From the NCBI GenBank assembly GCA_018711135.1, contig DVIS01000022.1, positions 1-58,792 on the forward strand: a stretch of DNA of 58,792 nucleotides, in the 5' to 3' direction. A model generated the notes under the pieces. The model had not been told where the DNA came from. It saw only the letters and a program-made list of their open reading frames with translations, and did no database searches. Source of the stretch: Candidatus Onthousia faecavium. GTDB taxonomy: Bacteria; Bacillota_I; Bacilli_A; RF39; UBA660. Every line of letters starts with the position of its first letter. Positions within the stretch are counted from its first letter, which is position 1. The translations under genes were made by a program, and so were the position numbers. Positions 9,429-20,436 of this stretch are shown piece by piece.

Positions 9429-11252
9429 TTATTTATTCTTCTTAGCATCAGCTTTTTTTCTTTCTTCTGTATTTAATATTTTCTTTCTTAATCTAATATT
9501 TTCTGGAGTCACCTCAACTAATTCATCAGAATTAATATAATCAAGGGCATATTCTAACGTAATAGGTCTAGGTCTTTTAAGCACAACCGTATGATCACTT
9601 CCTGCAGCTCGCATATTTGTTAATTGCTTTCCTTTTACCACATTAACTGCTAAATCATTCTCTCTATTACATTCTCCTATTATCATACCTTCATAAACCT
9701 CAGTTCCTGGTTCAATAAACATAATACCTCTATCTTCCAAATTACCAATAGAATAAGCGGTTGCACTACCATTCTCAACTGAGACTAATACCCCTAACTT
9801 ACGTTCTCCAATATCTACACTTTCATAAGGTTCATAATCTTTAAAAGTATGATTCATAATTCCATAACCCTTAGTTAAAGTCATAAATATTGTTGAAAAG
9901 CCAATTAAACCACGTGATGGAATTGTATAATTTAATCTAACTTGATTTTCAAAGTTAGTCATATTTTCCATCTTTGCTCCTCTTAAACCTAATTGTTCAA
10001 TTACACTACCAACAACATCTTCTGGAACCTCTATTTGTAACTCTTCAACTGGTTCATATTTAACCCCATCTATTTCTTTAATAATTACTTTAGGTTTAGA
10101 TACCTCAAGTTCAAATCCTTCTCTACGCATATTCTCTATTAAAATACCTAAATGTAATTCACCTCTACCAGATACAAGAAAACTCTCATTACTACTAGGC
10201 TCTACTCTTAAAGATACATCTTTTTGGGTTTCTCTCATTAATCTTTCTTCTATTTTTCTAGCTGTCAATATCTTACCATCACGCCCTACAAATGGACTTG
10301 TATTAGCTCCAAAAGTCATCTGTAAAGTAGGTTCATCAATATGTAAAAATGGTAGTGGCAAATTATTACCCGCTTCACACACAGTCTCTCCTACTGAAAT
10401 ATCACTAAGTCCTGCTATCGCTACAATATCTCCCGCTTCTGCACTTTCTATTTCAACTCTATGATAACCATAAAACCCAAATAGTTTTTGAATTCTAAAA
10501 CTCTTAGTAGTTCCATCAAGTCTAATACAATTAACCATCTCACCTGTCTTAATAACTCCATTATGAACTCTACCAATTCCAATCCTTCCTACAAACTCAT
10601 TATAATCAAGTAAAGCAGGTTGAAACTGTAATGGTTTACTATTATCTCCTTTAGGAGCAGGTATTTTATCTATAATTAGATCAAGTAATGGTTCAAAACC
10701 TTTCTTTTGTGTTGTAATATCATCACTTAAACTACAAGTTTCATTAATAGCACTAGTATAAACAACTGGAAAATCTAATTGATCTTCATCAGCACCAAGT
10801 TCAATAAATAAATCTAACACCTCATCAACAACAGCACTACATCTAGCACTAGGTTTATCCACTTTATTAATAACAACGATAGGTTTAACTTTCGCTTCAA
10901 AGGCTTTCTTTAACACAAATCTTGTTTGTGGCATTGCCCCTTCATAAGCATCTACAACAAGAATAACCCCATCTACCATATTCATAATTCTCTCAACCTC
11001 ACCACCAAAATCAGCATGACCTGGTGTATCCAAAATATTAATACGGTAACCATTATAATCTAAAGCAGTTGTTTTCGCTAATATTGTAATACCACGTTCT
11101 TTCTCTAATGCATTAGAATCCATTGATACATTACTAACATCTTCATTATCTCTAAACATTCCTGATGTCTTTAAAATACCATCAACTAAAGTTGTTTTTC
11201 CATGATCTACATGAGCAATTATTGCCACATTTCTTTTTTTCACATTTATCAC
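9429..11252 (-). CDS. typA: translational GTPase TypA/BipA
   Basis: AHVDHGKTTL, ERGITILAK, DTPGHADFGGEVER, GRGELHL and the conserved C-terminus. Confidence 0.97.
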   Translation of the reverse strand: MINVKKRNVAIIAHVDHGKTTLVDGILKTSGMFRDNEDVSNVSMDSNALEKERGITILAKTTALDYNGYRINILDTPGHADFGGEVERIMNMVDGVILVVDAYEGAMPQTRFVLKKAFEAKVKPIVVINKVDKPSARCSAVVDEVLDLFIELGADEDQLDFPVVYTSAINETCSLSDDITTQKKGFEPLLDLIIDKIPAPKGDNSKPLQFQPALLDYNEFVGRIGIGRVHNGVIKTGEMVNCIRLDGTTKSFRIQKLFGFYGYHRVEIESAEAGDIVAIAGLSDISVGETVCEAGNNLPLPFLHIDEPTLQMTFGANTSPFVGRDGKILTARKIEERLMRETQKDVSLRVEPSSNESFLVSGRGELHLGILIENMRREGFELEVSKPKVIIKEIDGVKYEPVEELQIEVPEDVVGSVIEQLGLRGAKMENMTNFENQVRLNYTIPSRGLIGFSTIFMTLTKGYGIMNHTFKDYEPYESVDIGERKLGVLVSVENGSATAYSIGNLEDRGIMFIEPGTEVYEGMIIGECNRENDLAVNVVKGKQLTNMRAAGSDHTVVLKRPRPITLEYALDYINSDELVEVTPENIRLRKKILNTEERKKADAKKNK

Positions 11253-11326
11253 ACTCCAAAATACGTTCTAAAGTATAACATAAATATGAAAAAAAATCTA
11301 GCTTTTTTGAATTTATCTACTCATAA

Positions 11327-12520
11327 CTAATTCTCTAACAACCACTCTATAATATTTTTATGAATAATTCCATTTCTTGATAGATTATTTTTATCTAAAG
11401 AAAGAACATATTTAGGAAAATCATCATTAAGATCAGCAAAAGCTCCAAATTCTCTTTCTATCACTTTATCACTATCTAAAAAGTAAGCAACTTGAATATA
11501 TATTTTTTCGTCAGTTTTAGTAGCTATAAAATCTATTTCTCCCTTTTTAGTTTTCCCTATATAAACATCATATCCTCTTTCAAGTAATTCATTATAGACA
11601 ACATTTTCTAAAGCAAAACTTTTATTAATTTCAAAATTATTATTTTTAATTTGTGCTATTCCTAAATCAGTCATATAGTATTTATTTAGTGTTTTTAATA
11701 TTGCTTTACCATGAATATCATAACGATAGATTTTTTTTATTATTAATGCTTTACATAAAGCATCTAAATAGACATACAAAGTTTCCGTAGAAATATTTCT
11801 ACCTTCATGTTTTAAAAAGTTCATAGCATTATCTGCAGAAAATTCTCGCCCTGTAGTATCAATAATATATTGTAATAGCAAATTAAACAAAGTAACATCC
11901 TTTAGTCCCAAACGTTCAACTACATCACGTAAAATAATTGAATCAAAAACACTATGAAGATAATCTTTTATATTATTTTCATCGGTAAATTGGACTCTAT
12001 TAGGAAGTCCACCCCATTTTACAAAATTCCAAAATGTTTCTTCTTTTTCTGGATTAAGTGAAGCTAACTCAGTAAATTCTTTATAATTTAAAGGATAAAC
12101 ATTAAATAAAACATATCTACCAGATAAAACTGTTGATAGTTCATCTGATAATAGTTTACTGTTTGAACCAGTTATAAATATACTTACATTAGAAAGAGAT
12201 GCTCTTAATGAATTAACCACTATTTCAAATTTTTCAACTCTTTGTATTTCATCTAAAAATATATAGTAAATTTTATCATCTTTAATATTATCTTTAATAT
12301 ATTTATTTAACTTTTTATAGTCTTGTAACTCTTCAAATTCTACAAGTTCAAAATTAACATATATAATATGATTTTCTAAAACACCTTTATCCTTTATTTC
12401 TTCTACTATCTGATTAAGAATAACAGATTTCCCACATCTTCTTATACCTACAAGAATTTTAACTAAATCTGAATTATAAAATCCTCTTATTCTTGATAAG
12501 TATGTTTCCCTTTTTAACAT
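11327..12520 (-). CDS. AAA_14/DUF4143 ATPase with C-terminal PD-(D/E)xK-like domain (subclass A)
   Basis: GIRRCGKS, LDEIQ, ITGSNS, LSGR, WGGLP and EIDFIA..YIQV. Confidence 0.88.
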   Translation of the reverse strand: MLKRETYLSRIRGFYNSDLVKILVGIRRCGKSVILNQIVEEIKDKGVLENHIIYVNFELVEFEELQDYKKLNKYIKDNIKDDKIYYIFLDEIQRVEKFEIVVNSLRASLSNVSIFITGSNSKLLSDELSTVLSGRYVLFNVYPLNYKEFTELASLNPEKEETFWNFVKWGGLPNRVQFTDENNIKDYLHSVFDSIILRDVVERLGLKDVTLFNLLLQYIIDTTGREFSADNAMNFLKHEGRNISTETLYVYLDALCKALIIKKIYRYDIHGKAILKTLNKYYMTDLGIAQIKNNNFEINKSFALENVVYNELLERGYDVYIGKTKKGEIDFIATKTDEKIYIQVAYFLDSDKVIEREFGAFADLNDDFPKYVLSLDKNNLSRNGIIHKNIIEWLLEN

Positions 12521-12537
12521 TTTTCATCACCAACTCA

Positions 12538-12593
12538 ATTTTAGTACAAAATCGAGGGTTTTGTCAAGTTATTTCGTCAAACCGAAATAACTT
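12538..12593 (-). promoter_or_regulatory. sigma-A promoter with an 11-bp inverted repeat overlapping the -35 box
   Basis: TTGACA-18-TAAAAT; AAGTTATTTCG-N6-CGAAATAACTT at 12566-12593. Confidence 0.6.
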
Positions 12594-13001
12594 TAGATTG
12601 CAACTCATCCACCTAACTAATTACTACTTAACTTATATTAAAAATTTTTTATCTAATACTCTAACATACATAGAATGACACAAACATTAGGATTTTCTTG
12701 CCCATTTTTTAACATTTCTATCTAACCAATAACAATTGCGTTATCAGTGATGTTGCAATAACAATCTCATCATCTTAATCGAATCATTTCCCCTATATTA
12801 TTTATAAAATCTGCCACTTTAGTTATAATTTTATTTCCATAACTGCTACTTTATTTCATATCATATAAATATTTATCAACCCCTAAATATAGTAAGCATA
12901 AAGATTCCTCAATAATCTCATTATACACGAAATCAAAATTTTTCTAACCACAAATTTACACCAAATCAAGATTTTTAAGTATTTATTATCCAAAAAGAAG
13001 C

Positions 13002-13724
13002 CTATTTCCTAGACTTCTCATATTTTTTCATAAATTTCTGATATAATTCTTCACATTTATTAGCATCCATCTCCGGAGTATTTTCTAATGGATTAGGAAT
13101 ATTTAATTTTTTATATTTTTCAAATCCCAAATGATGAAAAGGTAAAAACTCTATCTTTTCAATATTTTTAATTTTCTTTAAATACTCTACTAATTTATCT
13201 AAGTATAGATAATTATCCATCATACCAGGTACAATAACTTGTCTAATCCAAACCGGTTTTCCACTTTTATTTACCTCTTCAATAAACTTTTCTGACTCTT
13301 CTATATCTCTTCCTGTTAGTTCTTTATATCCTTCTTTATCAGCATATTTAATATCTAAAATAACTAGATCAATTAATTCTAATATCTCTTTATATTTACC
13401 AATTCCAACCCCTGCTGTATCTAAAGCGATATGAATACCTTCTTTTTTTAATCTTGCACAGATATCTAATAAAAAGTTTATTTGTAATAACGGCTCTCCC
13501 CCTGAAAAGGTAACTCCACCATTATTACGTTTAAAATATGGTTTATTTCTTAAGATTTTTTGAACCAGTTCATCAGTATCATAGTTTACCTCATTCATCG
13601 CCCATGTTTCTGGATTATGACAATATTTACATCTTAGGCTACATCCATCCAAAAAGATAACGGTTCTAATTCCTGGACCATCAACTAGTCCAAAGGTTTC
13701 TATTGAATCAACACTAGCTTTCAT
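13002..13724 (-). CDS. pflA: pyruvate formate-lyase activating enzyme
   Basis: DGPGIR and the radical SAM motif C..RC.YCHNPETW; follows pflB. Confidence 0.96.
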   Translation of the reverse strand: MKASVDSIETFGLVDGPGIRTVIFLDGCSLRCKYCHNPETWAMNEVNYDTDELVQKILRNKPYFKRNNGGVTFSGGEPLLQINFLLDICARLKKEGIHIALDTAGVGIGKYKEILELIDLVILDIKYADKEGYKELTGRDIEESEKFIEEVNKSGKPVWIRQVIVPGMMDNYLYLDKLVEYLKKIKNIEKIEFLPFHHLGFEKYKKLNIPNPLENTPEMDANKCEELYQKFMKKYEKSRK

Positions 13725-13729
13725 TAATA

Positions 13730-15958
13730 TTACATCTTTTCATGGAAAGTTCTAGCTATAACCTCTTCTTGTTGTTTTCTTGTTAACCGGTTAAATCTAA
13801 CCGCATAGCCAGATACTCTAATAGTTAATAATGGATATTTATCTGGATTATTCATCGCATCAATTAATGTTTCTCTTTGTAAAACATTAACATTTAAGTG
13901 ATGAGCTCCTTGGATAAAATAACCATCTAATAATGTTACCAAGTTATCTATTTGTTCTTCTCTACTATGGCCTAAAGATGATGGCACGATTGAGAAAGTA
14001 TTAGAAATACCATCACGACAACAATCAGCATAATTTAGTTTAGCTACTGAGTTTAATGATGCAATCGCACCACTTGCATCTCTTCCATGCATTGGATTAG
14101 CTCCAGGAGCAAAAGCCACACCTTTTTTCCTTCCATCAGGAGTAGCACCTGTCTTACTACCATAAACTACATTCGAGGTTATTGTTAACACTGATAAAGT
14201 TGGATGAGCTCCCCGATAACATTCATGACGAGATAATTCTTTATACATTTTTTCAAGTATTTCTTTTGCAATAGAATCTACTCTATCATCATCATTACCG
14301 TATTTAGGATAATCTCCTTCTATTTCAAAATCTATTGCAACTCCCTCTTCATTACGAATTGGTTTTACTTTCGCATACTTAATAGCAGACAATGAATCTG
14401 TTGCTACAGAAAGTCCTGCTACCCCATAAGCCATTAAACGATTAACATTAGTATCATGTAAAGCCATCTGTCCTGCTTCATAAGCATATTTATCATGCAT
14501 GTAATGGATAATATTCATCGCATTTGAGTAAACATCCGCAACTTTTTCAATCATTTTAAAATACGCTTCTTTAACTTTATCATAATCAAGGATTTCATCA
14601 GTAATTTTAGGAAAACCTTCTACAATAAGTTCACCCTTAACCTCATCAACCCCGCCATTAATCGCATATAACAATGACTTAGCAAGGTTACAACGTGCAC
14701 CAAAAAACTGCATATCCTTTCCTTCACGCATTGCAGAAACACAACAAGCAATTGCATAATCATCACCATAGATAGGACGCATAACATCATCATTTTCATA
14801 TTGAATAGCATCTGTTTCAATACTCATTTTAGCACAGTACTTTTTAAATGGTTCTGGTAACTTTTCAGCCCATAACACTGTCATATTAGGTTCAGGTGCT
14901 GGATCTAAGTTAGTCAAAGTATGTAAGATACGATAACTTGTCTTTGTTACCATACTCTCTCCTTCATTAGTAACTCCACCAATAGAAGCAGTTACCCATG
15001 TTGGATCTCCTGAGAATAACTCATCATATTCAGGTGTTCTTAAATGTCTTACTAATCTTAATTTAATTACAAACTGATCAATAATTTCTTGAATCTCTTT
15101 TTCTGTAATAAGTCCTAAAGCTAAATCTCTTTCAAAGTAAATATCAAAGAAAGCATCAACTCTACCTAAACTCATCGCTGCTCCATTATTTTCTTTAACA
15201 GAAGCTAAGTAACCAAAATAAGTCCATTGTACAGCCTCTTTCGCATTAGAAGCTGGCTTAGATATATCAAATCCATAACTTAAAGCCATTTTTTTAATTT
15301 CATCTAAAGCTCTAATTTGCATAGAAACATCTTCTCTTAATTGAATAAGATCATTAGTCATTGGTCCTACTAACTCTTTAAGATCACGTTTCTTTTCTTC
15401 TACTAGATAATCCATACCATATAGAGCAATTCTTCTATAGTCACCTATAATTCTTCCTCTACCATAAGCATCAGGTAATCCTGTCAATAATCCTGCATGT
15501 CTTGCTCTTTTAATCTCATCAGTATAAGCATCAAATACTCCTTGATTATGAGTCTTTCTAAATTCATTAAAATATTTATCAACAGTTGGATCTAATTTAT
15601 AGTCATAAGCTTCTAACTCTTGATATACCATTCTAATTCCACCATATGGATTAACTATTCTTTTAAGTGGTGCATCCGTCTGAAGGCCTACAATTACATC
15701 ATCATCTTCATTAATATAACCTGGTTCAAAAGCATTAATCCCTGACATATGAACTACATCAATATCAAGCACATGCTTCTTTAATTCTTCTTTTAATAAG
15801 TCACTACATTTTCCCCAAACTCTATTTGTTTTCTCTGTAGTACCTTCTAGGAAACTTTCATCTCCATCATATCCTTTATAGTTAGTTTTAATAAAGTCAC
15901 TAACATTTATTTCTTTAGTCCAAGCTCCTTCTTTGAAGCCTTTCCATTCTTCTTTCAT
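13730..15958 (-). CDS. pflB: pyruvate formate-lyase
   Basis: [23 protein letters not shown] and the TIRVSGYAV glycyl-radical motif. Confidence 0.97.
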   Translation of the reverse strand: MKEEWKGFKEGAWTKEINVSDFIKTNYKGYDGDESFLEGTTEKTNRVWGKCSDLLKEELKKHVLDIDVVHMSGINAFEPGYINEDDDVIVGLQTDAPLKRIVNPYGGIRMVYQELEAYDYKLDPTVDKYFNEFRKTHNQGVFDAYTDEIKRARHAGLLTGLPDAYGRGRIIGDYRRIALYGMDYLVEEKKRDLKELVGPMTNDLIQLREDVSMQIRALDEIKKMALSYGFDISKPASNAKEAVQWTYFGYLASVKENNGAAMSLGRVDAFFDIYFERDLALGLITEKEIQEIIDQFVIKLRLVRHLRTPEYDELFSGDPTWVTASIGGVTNEGESMVTKTSYRILHTLTNLDPAPEPNMTVLWAEKLPEPFKKYCAKMSIETDAIQYENDDVMRPIYGDDYAIACCVSAMREGKDMQFFGARCNLAKSLLYAINGGVDEVKGELIVEGFPKITDEILDYDKVKEAYFKMIEKVADVYSNAMNIIHYMHDKYAYEAGQMALHDTNVNRLMAYGVAGLSVATDSLSAIKYAKVKPIRNEEGVAIDFEIEGDYPKYGNDDDRVDSIAKEILEKMYKELSRHECYRGAHPTLSVLTITSNVVYGSKTGATPDGRKKGVAFAPGANPMHGRDASGAIASLNSVAKLNYADCCRDGISNTFSIVPSSLGHSREEQIDNLVTLLDGYFIQGAHHLNVNVLQRETLIDAMNNPDKYPLLTIRVSGYAVRFNRLTRKQQEEVIARTFHEKM

Positions 15959-16039
15959 TACATATACCTCCTTGCATTCTTATTATACCATTAAATAGAT
16001 AATTTCATTAAAAAAAATACTATTCTTGACAGTATTTTT

Positions 16040-16204
16040 TTAAGCATAAATAGTTGTAATAATAATTGTTATAATTAAGGCCACTAAAAATAAGATTAAA
16101 CTAGTTACCCAAATCTTCTTTCTTTTCTTTTTATAGCCAAAAACAAATAGTAATATCAATGCTATATATAACACAGCAAATAAAATAATCATTCCCAGTC
16201 TCAT
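16040..16204 (-). CDS. small two-TM membrane protein (54 aa; not in the ORF track)
   Basis: MRLGMIILFAVLYIALILLFVFGYKKKRKKIWVTSLILFLVALIITIIITTIYA; SD GAAGGTG; downstream hairpin. Confidence 0.65.
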   Translation of the reverse strand: MRLGMIILFAVLYIALILLFVFGYKKKRKKIWVTSLILFLVALIITIIITTIYA

Positions 16205-16325
16205 TAATAACACCTTCTATTCTATGAGTATTATATCAATATTTTTATAGAGATACAATTGCTAAAATTAATCTAAAATATTTTAGAATTAGCAATTGAC
16301 AAGTATAAATAGTTATCATTTATTT

Positions 16326-17588
16326 TTAATCTTTTAAAGTTCCAATTGATACTACATATATTCCATCATCTCGTTTATATGAATAATCTGCTCCTGTTAA
16401 TACCATTAGAAATGCTGGCTCTTTATATTTATCTGTATCTACATTTTCTTTAAATTTAGTTAAATTGGAAACTGCATCAGGAATTTCTCCTGCTCCTAAT
16501 TTAATTTCAATTGCTCCCCATTTGCCATCAGCTGTTTCTAAAATACAATCTACCTCAAAATTATTTTTATCTCTATAATAAGATAATCTTGCATCAATGG
16601 CATCAGCATATATCTTTAAATCTCTCATACACATATTTTCAAAGATGAAACCTGTAAAATTTAAATCATTTATTAAATCTTCTCTTTTCAAATTTAATGT
16701 TGCTATTACTAGTGATGGATCAACTAATTCTAGTTTAGGCGATACTCTTAAAGGAGTTTTTGATCTTAAATTAAGATTTGTAGCAGGAATATATTCTAAT
16801 ACATATAATTTTTCTAAAGTGTTTAAATAATCATCTAATGTAGGACGAGAAACCTCACTAGCAAATTCTGTTTTAACATCTTCTAAAATAGTACTTTTAC
16901 TTACATTTGTTGATATATTCCTAGAGATACTCTTTAAAACTGCCCTCATTTTTGAAGTATTTCGGAGAGTACCATCTACAGTTTTTATTTCCTCAGTTAA
17001 TAAACTTTGAACATAATCTTTTGAAATTTTATATTTATTTTCTCCATCAATATTTAAAGATTCAGGCCATCCTCCTCTTATCATAGCATTGATTAAGCCA
17101 TCAAAGTCTATTTTTGAGATACCTGAAATATCATTACCATTTATAATATCATTTAAAGACACACTGCCATTAGATTCTAAAGATTCATATAATGACATCG
17201 GTCTCATAAGTAATTTTGTAATTCTTCCAGTTCCAGTATGCATAATGCTATCTTCTTGTGGTCTAGCAGAACCAGTTAAAATATATTGTCCTTTTAGTCC
17301 TGTATGATCAATATCCATTCTTATAGAATCCCAAAGAACCGGATACATTTGCCATTCATCAAATAATCTTGGTTTTTCCCCTTCTAAAAACAATGATGGT
17401 TTAGTTTGATTTGTTTTATCATATTGCATTTTTTTATCAGGATCTTGAAATTCAATATAACTTTTGGCAAATTGTTTTGCGGTAGTCGATTTTCCACACC
17501 ATTTACATCCTTCAATTAAAACTGCTCCCATATATTCGAGTTTATTTTGTAATACTTTATCTACAATTCTAGGTAAATATTTTTCCAT
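16326..17588 (-). CDS. AAA_14/DUF4143 ATPase (subclass B)
   Basis: EGCKWCGKST, DEWQ, LTGSA, RGGWP and EVD....WGAIEIKLG. Confidence 0.88.
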   Translation of the reverse strand: MEKYLPRIVDKVLQNKLEYMGAVLIEGCKWCGKSTTAKQFAKSYIEFQDPDKKMQYDKTNQTKPSLFLEGEKPRLFDEWQMYPVLWDSIRMDIDHTGLKGQYILTGSARPQEDSIMHTGTGRITKLLMRPMSLYESLESNGSVSLNDIINGNDISGISKIDFDGLINAMIRGGWPESLNIDGENKYKISKDYVQSLLTEEIKTVDGTLRNTSKMRAVLKSISRNISTNVSKSTILEDVKTEFASEVSRPTLDDYLNTLEKLYVLEYIPATNLNLRSKTPLRVSPKLELVDPSLVIATLNLKREDLINDLNFTGFIFENMCMRDLKIYADAIDARLSYYRDKNNFEVDCILETADGKWGAIEIKLGAGEIPDAVSNLTKFKENVDTDKYKEPAFLMVLTGADYSYKRDDGIYVVSIGTLKD

Positions 17589-17608
17589 TAATATCCCCTC
17601 CTAAATAA

Positions 17609-17704
17609 ATTATACTATATTTTTAAGTTTTTGTTAAGAATTATTTTACATTTTGGCTCATTTTCACTTTATATTTTGGCTAGTATTCATTTTATATTTT
17701 AAAT
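17609..17704 (-). promoter_or_regulatory. promoter with three direct repeats at 23-bp period
   Basis: TTAACA-17-TATAAT; repeats start at 17644, 17667 and 17690. Confidence 0.55.
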
Positions 17705-17883
17705 CATTATTTGCATAGTCCAACTGATTATATATTAATCAGTCATTTCTTTAGTTTCAAATAAATCTCTATATTTTAAAATCAAATACTAACTCTAATA
17801 ATTTTTGATTTTTAAATATAAATTCCCTATTATACAAGAAAAAAAGACTACATCAAGCAGTCTCTTCATCTTTTATAAGTATA

Positions 17884-19401
17884 TTAATATGATTTTCTTA
17901 GTCTAGAACGTAAACGTAAAGCTGTAAGAGCAACACCTAAAACAGCAATAACAGAAATAGCAACATAAAGAACTATACCATCACTAGTTTCTGGGTTTTC
18001 TACCTCTTCAGTTGGCGTTTCTTCTGTAGGTACATCTGTAACAGGACTAACGATAACATAGTTACCATTTTCATCTTGTTCCATAGTTAAATCATCACTA
18101 ACATAACTAGATACATCACTACTGAACTCTCCACCAGTAATGAATTTTTCTTCTGTTTCTGTTGTAACAACGCTAGCTTCTTTAGATGTAAAGCTTCCAC
18201 CTGCAATAGCTAAATCAGTAACTGTAGATTCATCTGCTACAGGATTACCTAAACCATCTACACCAATACCTTCATAGAAAGCATTACCATTTTCACTTTC
18301 AATTGTACCTCCATTAACAGTAATAGATGTACCATCAGCATAAACAGCACTACTTGTAATACTAATAGCAGCTCCTGTATCATCAGTTCCATCATCACGA
18401 GCTGTAACTACCTCACGGTATTCTCCATTAGCTTTAATAGTACCACCATTAATTGTGATATTACCTTCTTTAATAGAAATACCAGTTTGACCTAAAATAG
18501 TTGGTCCAGTTCCATCAGCATTACCAATAATCAAAGTTCCTGTTTGACCATGATAAATACCAACAGAATCTCCTCCAACCGCTGCAGCACCTTCTTGAGG
18601 TTGAGCAGTAATAGATCCTCCATAGATAGCTATAGTTGTATTTTCAGTTCCATCAGCAGTAGATTGAATAATACCAGAACCAACAGCATTGATAGAACCG
18701 CCATTCATTGTAAGAACAGTCATTCCTTCTTCTCCATTACCATAAAGTCTGATACCATTATAAGCACTGATTTCTCCATTATTAACAACTACATAAGTTC
18801 CAGCCGCATTAGCACTACCTAGATTTATAGCAGCAGAATTTTTTACACTAACTGGTGCAATAATTTTACCACCGTTTACTTCTAAAGCTGCAGCTTCTTT
18901 AACATTATTACCCCAAAGCATAATTGTTCTTGAACCATTTGATTCAATAACTCCACCATTAATAATAGCTTTAGCTTTATCATCGCTATCTACTGGATTT
19001 ATTTGTACAGTACGATCAGCACTATTAATAGTTACTTTATCAATCGTTAAAGTACCATCTGTTACTAATACACCTCTTTGAGCTGTATTAATAATACTAC
19101 CAGCATTAGCAGAACTATCAGTAATAGTAAAGTTTTTGCCATTACCATTAAAGTCAAAGACATATTTAACATCAGCATTAGCTGTAATTGTATTACCATT
19201 TAAATCAATAGTAAGTGCTTTATCAACTGTAATTTGTGAATCTACAGTAACATTACCTATTAATTTAATAGTATCATTTTCTTCTGCAGATGTAATAGCA
19301 TCAGCTAAATCACTGTCAACTTCAATAGTTTTAGCATTAACCATCATTGGTAAGCCTAGCATTGTTACTATACCTACCAAAAACATACTTACTTTTTTCA
19401 T
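17884..19401 (-). CDS. cell-wall-anchored surface protein with beta-helix-like repeats
   Basis: Signal peptide, TIDLNGNTI, repeated INGG.I units, NPETSD sorting-like motif followed by TM and basic tail. Confidence 0.8.
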   Translation of the reverse strand: MKKVSMFLVGIVTMLGLPMMVNAKTIEVDSDLADAITSAEENDTIKLIGNVTVDSQITVDKALTIDLNGNTITANADVKYVFDFNGNGKNFTITDSSANAGSIINTAQRGVLVTDGTLTIDKVTINSADRTVQINPVDSDDKAKAIINGGVIESNGSRTIMLWGNNVKEAAALEVNGGKIIAPVSVKNSAAINLGSANAAGTYVVVNNGEISAYNGIRLYGNGEEGMTVLTMNGGSINAVGSGIIQSTADGTENTTIAIYGGSITAQPQEGAAAVGGDSVGIYHGQTGTLIIGNADGTGPTILGQTGISIKEGNITINGGTIKANGEYREVVTARDDGTDDTGAAISITSSAVYADGTSITVNGGTIESENGNAFYEGIGVDGLGNPVADESTVTDLAIAGGSFTSKEASVVTTETEEKFITGGEFSSDVSSYVSDDLTMEQDENGNYVIVSPVTDVPTEETPTEEVENPETSDGIVLYVAISVIAVLGVALTALRLRSRLRKSY

Positions 19402-19533
19402 TTTTATTCTCTCCTTCCTATCCTGAATATAGCATATTAAATTTTTTATTACAATAGTTTCGAAATATAATTACCTTTTTTTACAATTGCTTTACTTATT
19501 CGACATTTTTCTAATATAGCGGCTTTAATAATA

Positions 19534-19560
19534 ACTTATTTTAAGTTTAATCATAAAATA
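19534..19560 (+). promoter_or_regulatory. possible sigma-K/sigma-E promoter
   Basis: AC-16 nt-CATAAAATA fits the B. subtilis sigK consensus AC-N16-CATA-N3-TA. Confidence 0.35.
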
Positions 19561-19580
19561 TATTGGAAAGGAGAATTATA

Positions 19581-20219
19581 ATGTTTGGAGATTCTTGTAA
19601 TAATAATGCTCATCCTCGTTGTCGTTTTTGTTATGTTCAAGGGCCTACTGGTCCTACCGGACCTGCTGGCCCTGCAGGCGGTCCAACAGGAACTACTGGT
19701 CCAACTGGACCAACAGGTGCTACGGGAGTTACCGGACCTACCGGTGCAACTGGGGCCACTGGAGCAACGGGAGCTACAGGTGTAACACCATCTTTAACAA
19801 TTGGCACTGTTACAACTGGAACCCCAGGAGGTACAGCAACAGCAAGCATCACTGGTACTGCTCCTAATTTTATCTTAAGTTTAAGTATTCCACAAGGTCC
19901 AACTGGCCCTACTGGAGTATCTGGACCAACAGGTGCAAGTGGCGCTACCGGACCAACGGGTGCAAGTGGTGTTACTGGTCCTACAGGTGCAAGTGGCGCT
20001 ACCGGACCAACGGGTGCAAGTGGTGTTACTGGTCCAACTGGTGCAAGTGGTGTTACTGGTCCCACAGGAGCAAGCGGTGCTACCGGTCCAACTGGTGCAA
20101 GCGGTGTTACCGGTCCTACAGGAGCAAGCGGTGCTACCGGTCCAACTGGTGCAAGCGGTGTTACTGGTCCAACTGGTCCTACAGGACCAACCGGTCCAAC
20201 GGGTCCTACTGGTCCATAG
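19581..20219 (+). CDS. BclA-like collagen repeat protein
   Basis: [12 protein letters not shown] triplets; Cys-rich N-terminus; SD AAAGGAG before ATG 19581; no signal peptide. Confidence 0.8.
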   Translation: MFGDSCNNNAHPRCRFCYVQGPTGPTGPAGPAGGPTGTTGPTGPTGATGVTGPTGATGATGATGATGVTPSLTIGTVTTGTPGGTATASITGTAPNFILSLSIPQGPTGPTGVSGPTGASGATGPTGASGVTGPTGASGATGPTGASGVTGPTGASGVTGPTGASGATGPTGASGVTGPTGASGATGPTGASGVTGPTGPTGPTGPTGPTGP

Positions 20220-20224
20220 TGTCA

Positions 20225-20257
20225 AAAACTGTTTTCCTTGACCTGAAAACAGTTTTT
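20225..20257 (+). terminator. intrinsic terminator
   Basis: AAAAACTGTTTTC...GAAAACAGTTTTT. Confidence 0.7.
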
Positions 20258-20364
20258 CTATTTAAAGCCCTAAATTCATTTTTTCACATCTATTCTACAC
20301 TGCTGTTTATAAAAGTTCAATCTTTTATAATATTTTAAAACGGAAAACATTTGTATTTATACTT

Positions 20365-20417
20365 TTTTTCGGCTATAACCGAAAAAGTTTGACAACTTTT
20401 TAATTATCATGTATAAT
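20365..20417 (+). promoter_or_regulatory. consensus sigma-A promoter with an upstream palindrome
   Basis: TTTTTCGG-N6-CCGAAAAA, then TTGACA(20389)-17-TATAAT(20412). Confidence 0.7.
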
Positions 20418-20436
20418 GCAATTAGAGGTGAAACCA

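Noticed and set aside
16255-16298. Nested palindrome downstream of the AAA gene
   Set aside because: Very AT-rich and single-copy; most simply a terminator-like hairpin.
19640-20216. 27-bp periodic repeats as a CRISPR array
   Set aside because: These are coding tandem repeats with no unique spacers, and no cas genes are present.
19585-20241. Alternative-frame and antisense ORFs over the collagen repeat
   Set aside because: Shadow ORFs produced by GGN-CCN-ACN periodicity; only the GXX frame has an SD.
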